Source of the DNA: TPA_inf: Saccharomyces
Lineage: Eukaryota
DNA: 64,000 nucleotides
Assembly (NCBI GenBank): GCA_000146045.2
Contig: BK006936.2
Span: 64,001 to 128,000 of the forward strand
Direction of reading: 5' to 3'
Shown: in pieces, positions 1 through 11,258 of the stretch
Layout of the letters: every line of letters begins with the position of its first letter
Position numbering within the stretch: position 1 is the stretch's first letter
Position numbers and translations under genes: made by a program
Notes under the pieces: model-generated
The model's input: only the letters and a program-made list of their open reading frames with translations
Told to the model about the DNA's origin: nothing
Databases searched by the model: none

Positions 1-1
1 C

Positions 2-2818
2 ATTACTGATGATGGGGAGTACAATGACGGCTGGTATTATGGGCGCAATTTGAGAACCAAAGAGGAAGGTTTATACCCAGCGGTATTTACCAAAAGAATA
101 GCAATAGAAAAACCAGAGAACCTGCACAAATCACCAACCCAAGAGAGTGGAAATTCTGGTGTTAAATATGGAAATTTAAATGATTCTGCGAGTAACATAG
201 GTAAAGTCTCCTCGCATCAACAGGAGAACAGATATACATCATTGAAAAGTACAATGAGCGATATAGACAAAGCCTTGGAAGAGCTAAGAAGTGGTTCAGT
301 TGAACAAGAGGTATCAAAATCGCCCACACGCGTGCCCGAAGTTAGCACTCCACAGTTGCAAGATGAACAGACTTTGATTCAAGAAAAAACCAGAAATGAG
401 GAAAACACGACACATGACTCGTTATTTTCTAGCACAGCGGATTTAAACTTAAGTTCTGAATCTTTGAAGAATATAAGTAAGTCAAATATATCAACAAAAT
501 CCCTAGAACCGAGTTCGGAATCAGTTCGTCAATTAGATTTGAAAATGGCTAAAAGTTGGAGCCCAGAAGAGGTTACTGATTACTTTAGCTTGGTTGGATT
601 TGATCAATCCACTTGCAATAAATTCAAAGAGCATCAAGTCTCCGGAAAAATACTACTGGAATTAGAACTGGAACACCTAAAAGAATTGGAAATAAATTCT
701 TTTGGTATAAGATTTCAGATATTCAAAGAAATAAGGAACATCAAGTCTGCAATTGATTCGTCGTCAAATAAACTGGACGCCGACTACTCTACCTTTGCTT
801 TTGAAAACCAAGCTGCCCAACTAATGCCTGCAGCCACTGTAAATAGAGACGAAATCCAACAACAAATTTCCTCCAAGTGTAACAAGTTGTCAAGTGAAAG
901 CTCTGATAGAAAATCATCTTCGGTCACCACAGAATTGCAAAGACCAAGCTCGGTTGTTGTTAATCCCAATTTTAAACTTCACGACCCAGCTGAGCAGATC
1001 CTAGATATGACAGAAGTTCCTAATTTGTTTGCTGATAAAGATATTTTCGAATCACCGGGAAGGGCTCCAAAACCACCATCATATCCAAGTCCAGTTCAAC
1101 CTCCACAATCGCCCTCTTTTAATAACAGGTACACAAATAATAACGCAAGGTTTCCTCCTCAAACAACATATCCACCTAAAAACAAGAACCCAACCGTTTA
1201 TTCAAATGGGCTAATTCCAAATTCTTCGACATCTTCCGATAATTCAACGGGCAAGTTCAAATTCCCTGCCATGAATGGTCATGACTCGAACTCTAGGAAA
1301 ACAACACTGACATCTGCTACTATACCTTCTATTAACACGGTTAACACAGATGAATCTCTACCCGCAATTTCAAATATATCTTCAAATGCTACATCTCATC
1401 ATCCGAACAGAAATTCCGTTGTTTACAATAACCATAAGAGGACGGAATCCGGAAGCTCATTTGTTGATTTGTTCAACAGGATTTCAATGCTATCGCCAGT
1501 CAAGTCAAGTTTCGACGAAGAAGAAACGAAACAACCTTCAAAAGCTAGCAGAGCAGTTTTTGACTCAGCACGCAGAAAGTCGTCTTACGGACATTCAAGA
1601 GATGCCTCACTTTCTGAAATGAAAAAGCATAGGAGAAACTCTTCTATATTATCTTTTTTTTCTTCAAAAAGTCAGTCTAATCCAACGTCACCAACCAAAC
1701 AAACTTTCACTATCGATCCCGCAAAGATGACTTCCCATTCTCGTTCTCAGTCGAATTCCTATTCGCATGCAAGATCACAATCTTACTCCCATAGTAGAAA
1801 ACACTCGTTAGTTACCAGCCCCTTGAAAACTTCTTTAAGCCCTATAAATTCCAAATCCAATATTGCTTTAGCGCATAGCGAAACTCCTACTAGTAGTAAT
1901 AATAAGGAGGCAGTATCACAACCAAGTGAAGGGAAGCACAAGCACAAGCACAAGCACAAGAGCAAGCACAAACACAAGAACAGTAGCTCCAAAGATGGCT
2001 CTTCCGAAGAAAAAAGCAAAAAGAAATTATTTAGTAGCACCAAAGAATCATTTGTAGGAAGCAAGGAATTCAAAAGATCTCCCAGTGAACTTACCCAAAA
2101 ATCTACCAAATCGATACTTCCCAGGTCGAATGCTAAAAAGCAACAAACATCTGCTTTTACCGAAGGTATACGCTCTATCACAGCAAAGGAATCTATGCAA
2201 ACTGCGGACTGTTCAGGCTGGATGAGCAAAAAAGGTACCGGTGCTATGGGGACTTGGAAACAACGGTTTTTCACACTTCATGGAACAAGGCTTTCTTATT
2301 TTACGAATACCAATGATGAGAAGGAGCGTGGCCTGATAGATATAACGGCACATAGGGTCTTACCTGCCAGTGATGATGATAGGCTCATTTCCTTATACGC
2401 TGCGAGCTTAGGAAAAGGAAAATACTGTTTCAAATTGGTCCCTCCGCAACCGGGGTCCAAAAAGGGGCTAACCTTTACAGAACCTCGCGTTCACTATTTT
2501 GCAGTTGAGAATAAATCTGAAATGAAGGCATGGCTGTCAGCCATAATAAAGGCCACTATTGATATTGATACAAGCGTCCCTGTCATTAGTTCATATGCCA
2601 CACCAACGATACCTCTAAGCAAGGCACAGACGCTATTGGAAGAAGCTAGGTTACAAACCCAGTTAAGAGATGCTGAAGAGGAAGAGGGAAGAGATCAATT
2701 TGGATGGGATGACACCCAAAATAAAAGAAATTCTAATTATCCAATCGAACAAGATCAATTTGAGACCAGCGATTACCTGGAAAGTTCAGCATTTGAATAC
2801 CCTGGTGGCAGACTTTGA
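2..2818 (+). CDS. BOI1: BOI1, polarity and bud-emergence protein. 5'-truncated; the reading frame is open from the window edge. The SH3 end, SAM domain and C-terminal PH domain are visible.
   Basis: The frame translates from base 2 (ITDDGEYNDGWYYGRNL...), so the ORF track's M at position 50 is a TTG. SAM domain (WSPEEVTDYFSLVGF...), HKHKHK repeat and C-terminal PH domain (GWMSKKGTGAMGTWKQRFFTLHG) are present. The neighbour is CDC27, which fixes this as YBL085W rather than BOI2. Confidence 0.9.
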   Translation: MTDDGEYNDGWYYGRNLRTKEEGLYPAVFTKRIAIEKPENLHKSPTQESGNSGVKYGNLNDSASNIGKVSSHQQENRYTSLKSTMSDIDKALEELRSGSVEQEVSKSPTRVPEVSTPQLQDEQTLIQEKTRNEENTTHDSLFSSTADLNLSSESLKNISKSNISTKSLEPSSESVRQLDLKMAKSWSPEEVTDYFSLVGFDQSTCNKFKEHQVSGKILLELELEHLKELEINSFGIRFQIFKEIRNIKSAIDSSSNKLDADYSTFAFENQAAQLMPAATVNRDEIQQQISSKCNKLSSESSDRKSSSVTTELQRPSSVVVNPNFKLHDPAEQILDMTEVPNLFADKDIFESPGRAPKPPSYPSPVQPPQSPSFNNRYTNNNARFPPQTTYPPKNKNPTVYSNGLIPNSSTSSDNSTGKFKFPAMNGHDSNSRKTTLTSATIPSINTVNTDESLPAISNISSNATSHHPNRNSVVYNNHKRTESGSSFVDLFNRISMLSPVKSSFDEEETKQPSKASRAVFDSARRKSSYGHSRDASLSEMKKHRRNSSILSFFSSKSQSNPTSPTKQTFTIDPAKMTSHSRSQSNSYSHARSQSYSHSRKHSLVTSPLKTSLSPINSKSNIALAHSETPTSSNNKEAVSQPSEGKHKHKHKHKSKHKHKNSSSKDGSSEEKSKKKLFSSTKESFVGSKEFKRSPSELTQKSTKSILPRSNAKKQQTSAFTEGIRSITAKESMQTADCSGWMSKKGTGAMGTWKQRFFTLHGTRLSYFTNTNDEKERGLIDITAHRVLPASDDDRLISLYAASLGKGKYCFKLVPPQPGSKKGLTFTEPRVHYFAVENKSEMKAWLSAIIKATIDIDTSVPVISSYATPTIPLSKAQTLLEEARLQTQLRDAEEEEGRDQFGWDDTQNKRNSNYPIEQDQFETSDYLESSAFEYPGGRL
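1934..1978 (+). repeat. Hexanucleotide (CACAAG)n repeat encoding (HK)n in BOI1
   Basis: The sequence aagcacaagcacaagcacaagcacaagagcaagcacaaacacaag encodes HKHKHKHKSKHKHK. Confidence 0.85.
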
Positions 2819-3168
2819 GAACTGCAATCATTAGTTACTTCTTGACCAACTTAAACACCTTAATAATTAATATTTAATAGAACATAATATAGTGATATAA
2901 AGTATATAAAAATAAAAAGTTTACGAATTAATACAATCAAATTAGACACTGATACTATCAAGAAGTACATCGCAGGAACCGCAGACATGATGTCCTCTTC
3001 TTTCAAATTACTGGATATATATATTATTATTATTGTTACCATTAACGTTATTATTATTAACTATTACTATTACATTAACTTAAAAATAAATATGAAACAA
3101 CGAAGAACAAAAAGAATTATGAAAACATTTAACATGTTTCAATTTGTTATGTTTTGGCCAACCTGCGT

Positions 3169-4280
3169 TTATTCTTGCATATGACATTTTTGTAATTCAT
3201 CGATGATAACTTGGTTACCCTTTGGATCCAAATTCATAGCAACAGTTAGCTCCTTGATTGCATCTTTTTTCCTCCCAACTATTCTATATGTTTGACCCAG
3301 CAAATAATGGGCTGTGGCATCATCAGGAACGAGTTTCACCAATTCTTCAAAAGTTTGCAAAGCAACATTATATCTTGTCATGGAATAGAGCAACTGGCCC
3401 ATCTTATATTTGGATAGCGAGGAAGTCGGTTGCAAATGACATGCTAGTTCATAATATTGTAGAGCCTTTTCCTTATAGCCCAGCTTTTCTAAAGAACCAC
3501 CGCAACAACAGATTAACACAACATTGACGGGATTAATTGACCTTGCCTTTTCAAAATATAACAACGCTTCTTCATATTGACCTAATTTCATAGCGCTCGT
3601 ACCCAATCCGTAATATGCATTGTAATGCTGAGGATCACAAGCTAGCGCCTTTCTATAGCATGTCTTGGCAGAATCCGAAGAATCGTTGGAAGAATGTTCA
3701 TGACCTTGCAAAGTATACGCGTATGCAAAATTTGGGTCTAACTGAGTAGCTTTTTCGAAGGCTTTTATTGCGGCATCATGATCCTTTTGCAATGATAGCA
3801 AATTACCTATACAACACCATGTTTCGGGCTTATTAGGCATTGTATCCATTAGCCCATTTGCCAAATTTGAAGATTTAACCTTGTCATGCAAATGCCACAG
3901 CAAAGTAGAAAAAATTTCCATATCTTTTACCCTTGCCGGTTGTAGGTCTTTCAATCTATTGAAATACTTTAAGGACATATCATAATTAATGATCTCAAAA
4001 TGAAGTTTTCCTAATTGCACTAGACACCATGGCATTGTGTCTTTAATATGAGATGGGATTTGAGACTCGAACAGTCTTATTGCCTTGAACGAATTGTATT
4101 GTGATGACGACCTTAATATTAAAGCGAAATTATACATGATTTCAGGCAGCGTAATTGAATAATCACTCGTTAGTATTGAGTTACTGATTATTAAAGACCT
4201 TGGATTTTTCTTGGAAGTTGTTAACCTTCCTGTTGAGGAATATAGGTTTCTTGGAGTTTTGAAAGTTGTTTTATTTATAA

Positions 4281-4347
<67 letters not shown>

Positions 4348-5445
4348 GTTATTTTGGTGGTTCCTATCGTTATTTAACAGTTTCGATGGAGGAGTCGTTA
4401 AAAGTTTGTTTCTGTTATAAACTTTGGCCAACGAGCTTATTGTAGGCTGTTTGGAGGATGGAGACACTAAGTTCATGGAAATGTTATTTGGTAGCGCAGA
4501 AGACGTCTTACTGTTGATTGCAGGGTTTTTAGGAGTTTGAGTATTTTTGTTCTGGCAGGTCCTTATTGATGTGTTCGCTTGTTGCTGCTGTGACCTTGAG
4601 AAATGCTGAATGGAAGAAAAAGAAGATGCCGATGTAGAAGGGGGAGAATTAGACGACTGAAACAGTGTATTAACATTATTATTGATATTATTATTGCCGT
4701 TTTTGTTTGTTTTTGAATATAAGCTAGGTTGTGAACGAGGTTCGAAATGCGATAGTGATGTAGACGGAAACGATGAAGCTGCATTATTATTATGACTATT
4801 ACTTTTTTTCCCTGCAATGTCGAAAAAAACCCTCTTGAGATCCACGGTAGCTCTCATTTTACAAATCGCTTCGTAAGATTCCCAAAGGTAAGGATTAATG
4901 GCTAATGCTTCAGAATGATAAAATGCTCCCTCCTTAGAATGGTCCAGTTTCATATAAAGATTGCCTAACAGGCAATTCAAAGTGGCCAAATCGGGAATAT
5001 GGACGAGATTAGAATTCAACACCATATTTATGCGCGTATTACTGCTGTTCGAAGAAAATACATTTATTATTGAGAGAAGAGTGAGGATAGCTTCGTTAAC
5101 TCCCTGCGAAAGCTGTAAAGCACAACGCCCGAATATGTAAGCGATACCAAGATGATACTCCTTGAATTCTTTGGATATCTGGAACGCAGTGTGGTAGCTT
5201 TTATTCAGAAACAGCGAAAGTGCATATAAATATACCGCATCGGACCAGTAAACACTTGATTTATCGAGAATGGAGCATTCAGCATAGAGCAGTTCGGCCA
5301 AAAACTCTGCGGTACTGTAGTTCAACTGCTGAATAGCCTGCTGAATGCAGTCCTGAAGCTGTATGATGGTGCTCAAAGCTTGATCATCAAAGCTGGGGAT
5401 TCCTCTCGAGAGGGTGAACGGTGCTAACTCAGGATTTACCGCCAT
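3169..5445 (-). CDS. CDC27: CDC27, TPR-repeat subunit of the anaphase-promoting complex
   Basis: 758 aa, matching CDC27. It has multiple C-terminal TPR repeats and an internal poly-Asn run of about 27 residues. The ATG is confirmed at 5445..5443 on the minus strand. Confidence 0.93.
4283..4350. repeat. Near-perfect (ATT)n trinucleotide microsatellite of about 21 units. It encodes the poly-Asn tract of CDC27 as AAT on the coding strand.
   Basis: An uninterrupted attattatt... run sits in the sequence. The CDC27 translation shows about 27 consecutive Asn residues. Confidence 0.9.
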
Positions 5446-5712
5446 GCTATTTTTATTATGTATCCTGCACGAAAAGTTCGTGTCGATTTATGAATAGATA
5501 TGCAGTCACCAAAACAGAGTCTAAAACTCTCACAGCTAGGTATGGTTTTTTGATAAACTTTTCTGTGGCACCTTTGCTTGCACTTTGATCCTTTTGGTTT
5601 ACTTTCAGCCTGTTCCATCCTTTTGATCAAAAAAAAAAAGGAAAATCAAGCGCGGGTAATAACGGCACCATTAAATACTAGTAGTACTATATAGATGGTA
5701 TAAAGAAATGAT

Positions 5713-7166
<1,454 letters not shown>

Positions 7167-7865
7167 CTATGATACTGTTTTCACTCCCAACTAGTGTACT
7201 GCGTTGTTCTTTAAGTTCGATAGCGAAATTTCTTTAGCTTGTTTACAGCACCCAGCAACCGCACACAGAATGTGACGGCAAATGCATTTTACATGGAAGG
7301 CTATCTACAAAACAGCAATAAAGAGTCATGTAAGATTGGGAAATCTCTAATGTGACATTCCATACTTGTTGCAACAATTTTGGGATGCTTCTGCGTCGTA
7401 CGACCCTGTATTTACCTTCTCTAGCTCATCGCTTCCCAGGGTCCACGTTAATTTTTCAATTTTTTCTTGCGTGTCGAAGATTCAGGTCTCGAGAAATTTG
7501 TCAAAAATTTTTCACTAGATATTAAGAACTATATACATCGAATAAGATGCCAGCACAGAAGAGATAGGCAATCAGTTTAGATACTACAGACACTATCCAA
7601 TAGTGCAAAGCAAAAGCAGCATAGAAAAAAGAGAATCCCGTTTCCAGCTTTTTCTCTTTTTCCCATTCGTTTTTCCTGATCTTTTTTTCTGCATCGTGGC
7701 ACCTAGAACAAGAGGTACCTTCCATCCTTCGCTTAATATTTGATACGACTTTTTTGATTTCCATTATTATTATTTGTTACTATTATTATTTATCATTTGG
7801 GTTTCGGTTTTTTGTAATAATTTTCTTTTTTTTTTTTGGCTCTATTTCACTAAGACATCGTATAT

Positions 7866-8972
7866 ATGCCAGGCCAGATAATCAGCATTCCGTTTTTGTC
7901 GCAGAACGAGGACATGGATAAATACTTGTTGGAGTACCGCAGTTTGAAGCTCCTTCATCAGTCCAGTAATTCCTTCCAGTCTCACAATGCGCCCTCCCAC
8001 CAGTCGAACTACCACCCCCATTACAATCACATGAAATACAACAACACTGGTAGCTATTACTATTACAACAACAACAATAACAGCAGTGTAAACCCACATA
8101 ACCAAGCTGGTCTACAATCCATTAACAGATCTATTCCATCGGCCCCGTACGGGGCTTACAACCAGAACAGAGCTAATGACGTACCATATATGAATACCCA
8201 AAAGAAACACCACAGATTTAGCGCTAACAATAATTTGAACCAGCAAAAATACAAGCAATATCCCCAGTATACGTCCAATCCAATGGTTACTGCACATCTG
8301 AAGCAAACGTACCCTCAACTGTACTACAATAGCAACGTCAATGCTCACAACAACAACAACAACAGCAACAACAACAACAACAACAACAACAACAGCAACA
8401 ACAACAACAATCTTTACAACCAGACGCAGTTCTCCACGAGGTACTTCAACTCGAACTCCTCTCCCTCGTTGACTTCTTCCACTTCTAACTCATCCTCTCC
8501 ATACAACCAAAGCACCTTCGAATACATTTTGCCGTCAACTTCGGCAGCTTCCACAAATTTATCGTCGTCATCATCAAACAACTCTATGCACACCAACCCA
8601 ACCACTGCAACATCGACATCCGCCGATTTAATCAATGATTTACCCGTGGGCCCCACGTCCAGTTCGCTTATCTCGGATCTACATTCTCCACCAACTGTAT
8701 CTTTCCTACCAGCAAGCCAAACCCTGCTCATGTCCTCCACCACATCTAGCTCTATTGGCACCAACATAAACCCACCGCAACATTCACCATCCCCATCGCA
8801 AAGGGAGGATTTTTCGACGGCACCAGTGAACATGTCTTCGTCCGCATCACTCTTGATGAATGATTCTTCTTTAGGATGGGGGTCTAACCACATGAACGTA
8901 TCTTCATCCTCTCAACCAGCATCATCAAGACCCTTTGGCATTTGGAATACTGACATGAGCGTTTGGAGTTGA
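7866..8972 (+). CDS. YBL081W: YBL081W, uncharacterised Asn/Ser-rich low-complexity protein
   Basis: 368 aa with ATG at 7866. It is highly N-, S- and Y-rich with a poly-Asn run encoded by an imperfect (AAC/CAA)n tract. It has a strongly prion-like composition. Confidence 0.8.
   Translation: MPGQIISIPFLSQNEDMDKYLLEYRSLKLLHQSSNSFQSHNAPSHQSNYHPHYNHMKYNNTGSYYYYNNNNNSSVNPHNQAGLQSINRSIPSAPYGAYNQNRANDVPYMNTQKKHHRFSANNNLNQQKYKQYPQYTSNPMVTAHLKQTYPQLYYNSNVNAHNNNNNSNNNNNNNNNSNNNNNLYNQTQFSTRYFNSNSSPSLTSSTSNSSSPYNQSTFEYILPSTSAASTNLSSSSSNNSMHTNPTTATSTSADLINDLPVGPTSSSLISDLHSPPTVSFLPASQTLLMSSTTSSSIGTNINPPQHSPSPSQREDFSTAPVNMSSSASLLMNDSSLGWGSNHMNVSSSSQPASSRPFGIWNTDMSVWS
8346..8411 (+). repeat. Imperfect (CAA/AAC)n tract encoding the poly-Asn run in YBL081W
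   Basis: The sequence cacaacaacaacaacaacagcaacaacaac... encodes NNNNNSNNNNNNNNNSNNNNN. Confidence 0.85.
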
Positions 8973-9069
8973 GATGTTTACGTATATTTTTATGTATATT
9001 ATTATCATTAGTATTACTATTATTGTTATTATTTATGCACGGTTCCTATTTACACGCGGCGTTTATATT

Positions 9070-10695
9070 TTACCATTGAATATTTAAGATCTCTTTGAAT
9101 TTTTTCTCGAATTCGTTTGCCTTTATACGTCCCTGGCTTCGTCTCATTCCTTGTCCAATTAGGAATTTTAAAGAGGACTTCTTTTTACCAGTAACCAGGT
9201 TCCGTATAAAAGTGTCATCTGTGTGCTGTGCAATGACATCATTACAGAGATCCATCAATTCTTGAGGGTCGACCTGATTAATCGCATGCAATTCAAATTT
9301 CTCGATTAGTTTTGAAAAATCTGGAATAGACAAATCTTGGCAGTTACTCTGCTCGAAATTTTCCAATATGTGAAACAGTAACATTTTACCACTAGTTGCG
9401 GATATAACCTCTTCATGCAATAACTTCAAAAACTGGGCGAAAACCGGAGGAGGCAAAATTTCTTTTGCTTTGGCCAATGGAATTTGTAGCTTGTTCAAAT
9501 CTCCCAAGAATTCATGGATTATCCAATTCGTAGGTAATTTCGCGTTACTACGTTCACCAGCAAGCTTGGAAAATTCACGGAAGGTGTCTAAGTAGTACGA
9601 TCTCAACGCCTCATGATTGTACATATCGTTTTGGTTACTATTATAAGTCAGAATCTTGGCGTCCTTCAATGATAATTGATAGGGTTTCTTCATAAGAATT
9701 CTCATTATATCGTCCGGTAATTGGGGCATCAACCCTCTCACACCACTGATAACGTCTGGTGCGAGGTTGATATACGGCAATTCTGGATCAGGCATGTACC
9801 TGTAATCGATCGTGGTTTCTTTGCTTCTCAACTTCACCGTTGATGAGCCTGTCCAGCCCCTTGTTTCTGGCTCCATCAGTGAGCTAGTGTCACCCACAGA
9901 AATCAACTCAACTTGCCGCTGATATTCGTACTTGATTGCATTGATGATGGAACTAGTATTGGGTAAATTCTTCAACTCAACGCGTGCATATTCATTAATT
10001 GAGAGGTTAACGTCCACTCGCATGGCGCCCGTTTCCAGGTCCCCAGAGGAAATGTGCAAATGACGTACCAAATTCTGATATTTTTTAATAAACGCTCTAA
10101 CCTGTTTAATATCACTGAAATCTGGTTTAGTTACCAATTCGATAAGCGGGACGTTCGACCTATTTAAATCAACCAAAGTAATAACGTCTTTATCTGTCTC
10201 TGTATAGTGTGACTTCCCCGTGTCCTGCTCTATCTGCAACTGTAAGATACCGATTTCCTTGGCTGATTCATCGATATCATCCAATTCCTTCGACAGATTG
10301 ATCTTCCCACCCCGAGCAAACGGCCTGTAGTGCTGCGTCAGTTGATAGCCTTGAGGTTGATCTCCATAAAAATAATGCTTCCTATCAAACTGAGATATGC
10401 TATTCACTTGAGAACCCAGTGCCAAGGATAGTTTCATGGCAAACAAGATTGCTTCCAGATTCAAAACCGGCTGCGTTCCCGGTAGAGCTATGTCATAATA
10501 ACTAGTATGATGGTTTGGTGCATCCACTAGAGATGTGGCGCTATTCGTTGATTGTGAAAAAAGCTTGTTTTTGGTGTTCAATTGCGTATGAATCTCCAAT
10601 CCACACTTCAATGCATATTCCGGCCTGAAGGGTGCACCGTGACTATGTATGGCTTTGGTTCTGGCCAAAGAATAAAAACGTGCAAGCCGCAACAT
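9070..10695 (-). CDS. PET112: PET112, mitochondrial GatB subunit of Glu-tRNA(Gln) amidotransferase
   Basis: 541 aa with ATG at 10695. It is a GatB/YqeY-family sequence with an N-terminal mitochondrial presequence (MLRLARFYSLARTK). Confidence 0.9.
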   Translation of the reverse strand: MLRLARFYSLARTKAIHSHGAPFRPEYALKCGLEIHTQLNTKNKLFSQSTNSATSLVDAPNHHTSYYDIALPGTQPVLNLEAILFAMKLSLALGSQVNSISQFDRKHYFYGDQPQGYQLTQHYRPFARGGKINLSKELDDIDESAKEIGILQLQIEQDTGKSHYTETDKDVITLVDLNRSNVPLIELVTKPDFSDIKQVRAFIKKYQNLVRHLHISSGDLETGAMRVDVNLSINEYARVELKNLPNTSSIINAIKYEYQRQVELISVGDTSSLMEPETRGWTGSSTVKLRSKETTIDYRYMPDPELPYINLAPDVISGVRGLMPQLPDDIMRILMKKPYQLSLKDAKILTYNSNQNDMYNHEALRSYYLDTFREFSKLAGERSNAKLPTNWIIHEFLGDLNKLQIPLAKAKEILPPPVFAQFLKLLHEEVISATSGKMLLFHILENFEQSNCQDLSIPDFSKLIEKFELHAINQVDPQELMDLCNDVIAQHTDDTFIRNLVTGKKKSSLKFLIGQGMRRSQGRIKANEFEKKFKEILNIQW

Positions 10696-11258
10696 ATCTA
10701 GTTCCTACTCTGGTCTTTTTGGACAGGAATGCTAACAATAACACTATTACTAGGTGGTACGACTAAGTACATCACGTCAAGCTTATTACTACTATAACTA
10801 CTATTATCATAACAAAAGGGAAAACTAAACCCTATCTAAACAAGGGTTATTTAAATTTTTAACAAGGGCATACAACAAAAAAATAATAAACCTAAAATCA
10901 GAAAGTTAATCTTTCAGGGCTTTTGAAAGTGGAATTAACGTCTCTAGTAAACGAGGATTGTTTCCAATGAGATTCTAAGACCCAAATATCCTCTTCTTTA
11001 CTTTGAAATGTTTGCAATGGACCATGATTATGGATGTGTTCTTTGTGACACGCTTTCAATGTACTCTATATCGTGTTGCACGAAGGATTGTTACTTTATT
11101 TGTAAAAAAAAAAACAATTTTTCGAGATGGGACATTAATATTGTAGAATTCTGAACATATTAGTGAACAGTTCTTTCGGAGAATTACTGGAACCTAGGAT
11201 CTGACAAGCGGACAAAAAAGCAGAGTGCGTTTATTACTTCTCTTTCTAGCGGTTGTTC

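Noticed and set aside
3146-3156. 10/11 match to the ARS consensus (TGTTATGTTTT) in the BOI1/CDC27 convergent intergenic region. Similar 10/11 matches occur near 16100 and 28060.
   Set aside because: 10/11 ACS matches are frequent in AT-rich yeast intergenic DNA. Without a B-element analysis or replication data I cannot support calling an origin.
4211-4420. ORF-track ORF encoding a poly-Leu stretch of about 30 residues on the plus strand
   Set aside because: It is the antisense-frame read-through of the (ATT)n repeat inside CDC27. It is a translation artefact of the microsatellite, not a gene.
7495-7515. RRPE-like AAAAATTTTTC in the ALG3/YBL081W divergent promoter
   Set aside because: It is a single short A/T motif with no accompanying PAC site. 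Neither neighbour is a ribosome-biogenesis gene, so the match is too weak to call.
7882-8893. Cys-rich 71-aa ORF (7882..8097) and 159-aa ORF (8414..8893), both antisense to YBL081W
   Set aside because: Both are generated by low-complexity codon repeats on the opposite strand of YBL081W. They have no start context or domains.
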